A stretch of 49,048 nucleotides of DNA from the IMG/VR virus record IMGVR_UViG_3300034120_003123; one strand, given 5' to 3'. Each line of letters starts with the position of its first letter. The stretch's first letter is position 1. Under the pieces are notes generated by a model. That model searched no databases. It was not told the DNA's origin and saw only the letters and a list, made by a program, of their open reading frames with translations. Source of the stretch: an uncultured virus (IMG/VR IMGVR_UViG_3300034120_003123) (taxonomy: Duplodnaviria; Heunggongvirae; Uroviricota; Caudoviricetes). Position numbers and translations under genes: made by a program. Below are positions 48,425 to 49,048 of the stretch, piece after piece.

Positions 48425-48432
48425 CGACATTA

Positions 48433-49048
48433 TTAAATGAATGGATATGGGTGCTGAGCGCCGTTAGCATTTGTTCCAGGAGTCTCTAAAGCAGAGATAG
48501 CCTCATAGTTAAATGCTTGATCACCAAGAGCCATGAAGTCCATAGAAGAATTAAGAACATCATTTGTTAAATCCATTGACTCTAGCTTAAATACCACTCC
48601 ACGCAATTTAAACAGGGTCTTTGTAACATTTCCAAATCTTACATTAAATAGCAAATTAGCGCGAGATGTCTGCCCAATTTCATTATACATGGCATAGTCT
48701 GCTATATCTCTATTTCTACCCAAGAAATCTATACGACCAGTAATCATTCTCTTCTTTGCAACAAGATCGTATGCAGCAAGAGTTCCACTTAAAGTGTGGA
48801 CTGCTTCTACTTGATTATCTATAGTGACAGAAAAGCTCTTGACAAGCGGAAGTCTAGAAATATTTGGAGGAGTATTAACAACAACTCCAGTTGATATGGG
48901 AGACTGCTCAATATCAATTGTTACGTCATTATAAGTCACTACGCGCACAGGAGCGACATTAACTTTACCACCTACGGAAGAACCAAGGCCATCACCCATA
49001 ATCGCACTAGTGCCGTCAAATGGACCTTCACGACCTCTGCCCATAAAT
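48433..49048 (-). CDS. Phage tail tube (major tail) protein, probably 5'-truncated by the window edge
   Basis: Tube-like motif LVKSFSVTIDNQVEAVHTLSG...KRMITGRIDF...FKLRGVVF...MDFMALG. The frame stays open upstream of ATG 49044 to the edge. Synteny tube-chaperones-tape measure. Confidence 0.8.
   Translation of the reverse strand, partial: FMGRGREGPFDGTSAIMGDGLGSSVGGKVNVAPVRVVTYNDVTIDIEQSPISTGVVVNTPPNISRLPLVKSFSVTIDNQVEAVHTLSGTLAAYDLVAKKRMITGRIDFLGRNRDIADYAMYNEIGQTSRANLLFNVRFGNVTKTLFKLRGVVFKLESMDLTNDVLNSSMDFMALGDQAFNYEAISALETPGTNANGAQHPYPFI

Noticed and set aside
1..49048. Stop-codon reassignment as seen in some large phages
   Set aside because: The standard code gives near-complete coding density, and TAA, TGA and TAG all end genes at sensible junctions.
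36178..49048. Extracellular contractile injection system or tailocin
   Set aside because: No sheath, baseplate J, LysM or ATPase gene recognised, and a G/GT frameshift plus tape measure fits a phage tail. Genes outside the window could change this.

Overview
The window is one compact, AT-rich (roughly 30-33% GC by eye), minus-strand operon that looks like the tail morphogenesis module of a large tailed phage. In transcription order (right to left) it encodes: a 5'-truncated tail tube protein; a G/GT-type tail assembly chaperone pair joined by a G-GGA-AAA -1 frameshift site; a second, paralogous chaperone; an 864-aa tape measure protein; and about 45 kb of tail-tip, fibre or adhesin genes (1558, 1302, 71, 1221, 3286, 501, 1776, 356, 2808 and >1672 aa) with a GT4 glycosyltransferase embedded among them. 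The last gene (<1..5016) is missing from the supplied ORF track because it runs off the left edge. Most genes abut or overlap. The most unusual signal is that these putative virion proteins carry modules typical of bacterial, especially Planctomycetota/Phycisphaerales, surface proteins: four dockerin-like EF-hand pairs (three from a recent 198-bp tandem triplication), RCC1-like repeats, a choice-of-anchor-C-like domain and three copies of a FecR/PEP-CTERM-associated beta domain. Several modules are inserted inside other domains. No sheath, capsid, RNA gene, CRISPR array or mobile element was seen. All family assignments are by visual motif recognition, not database search.
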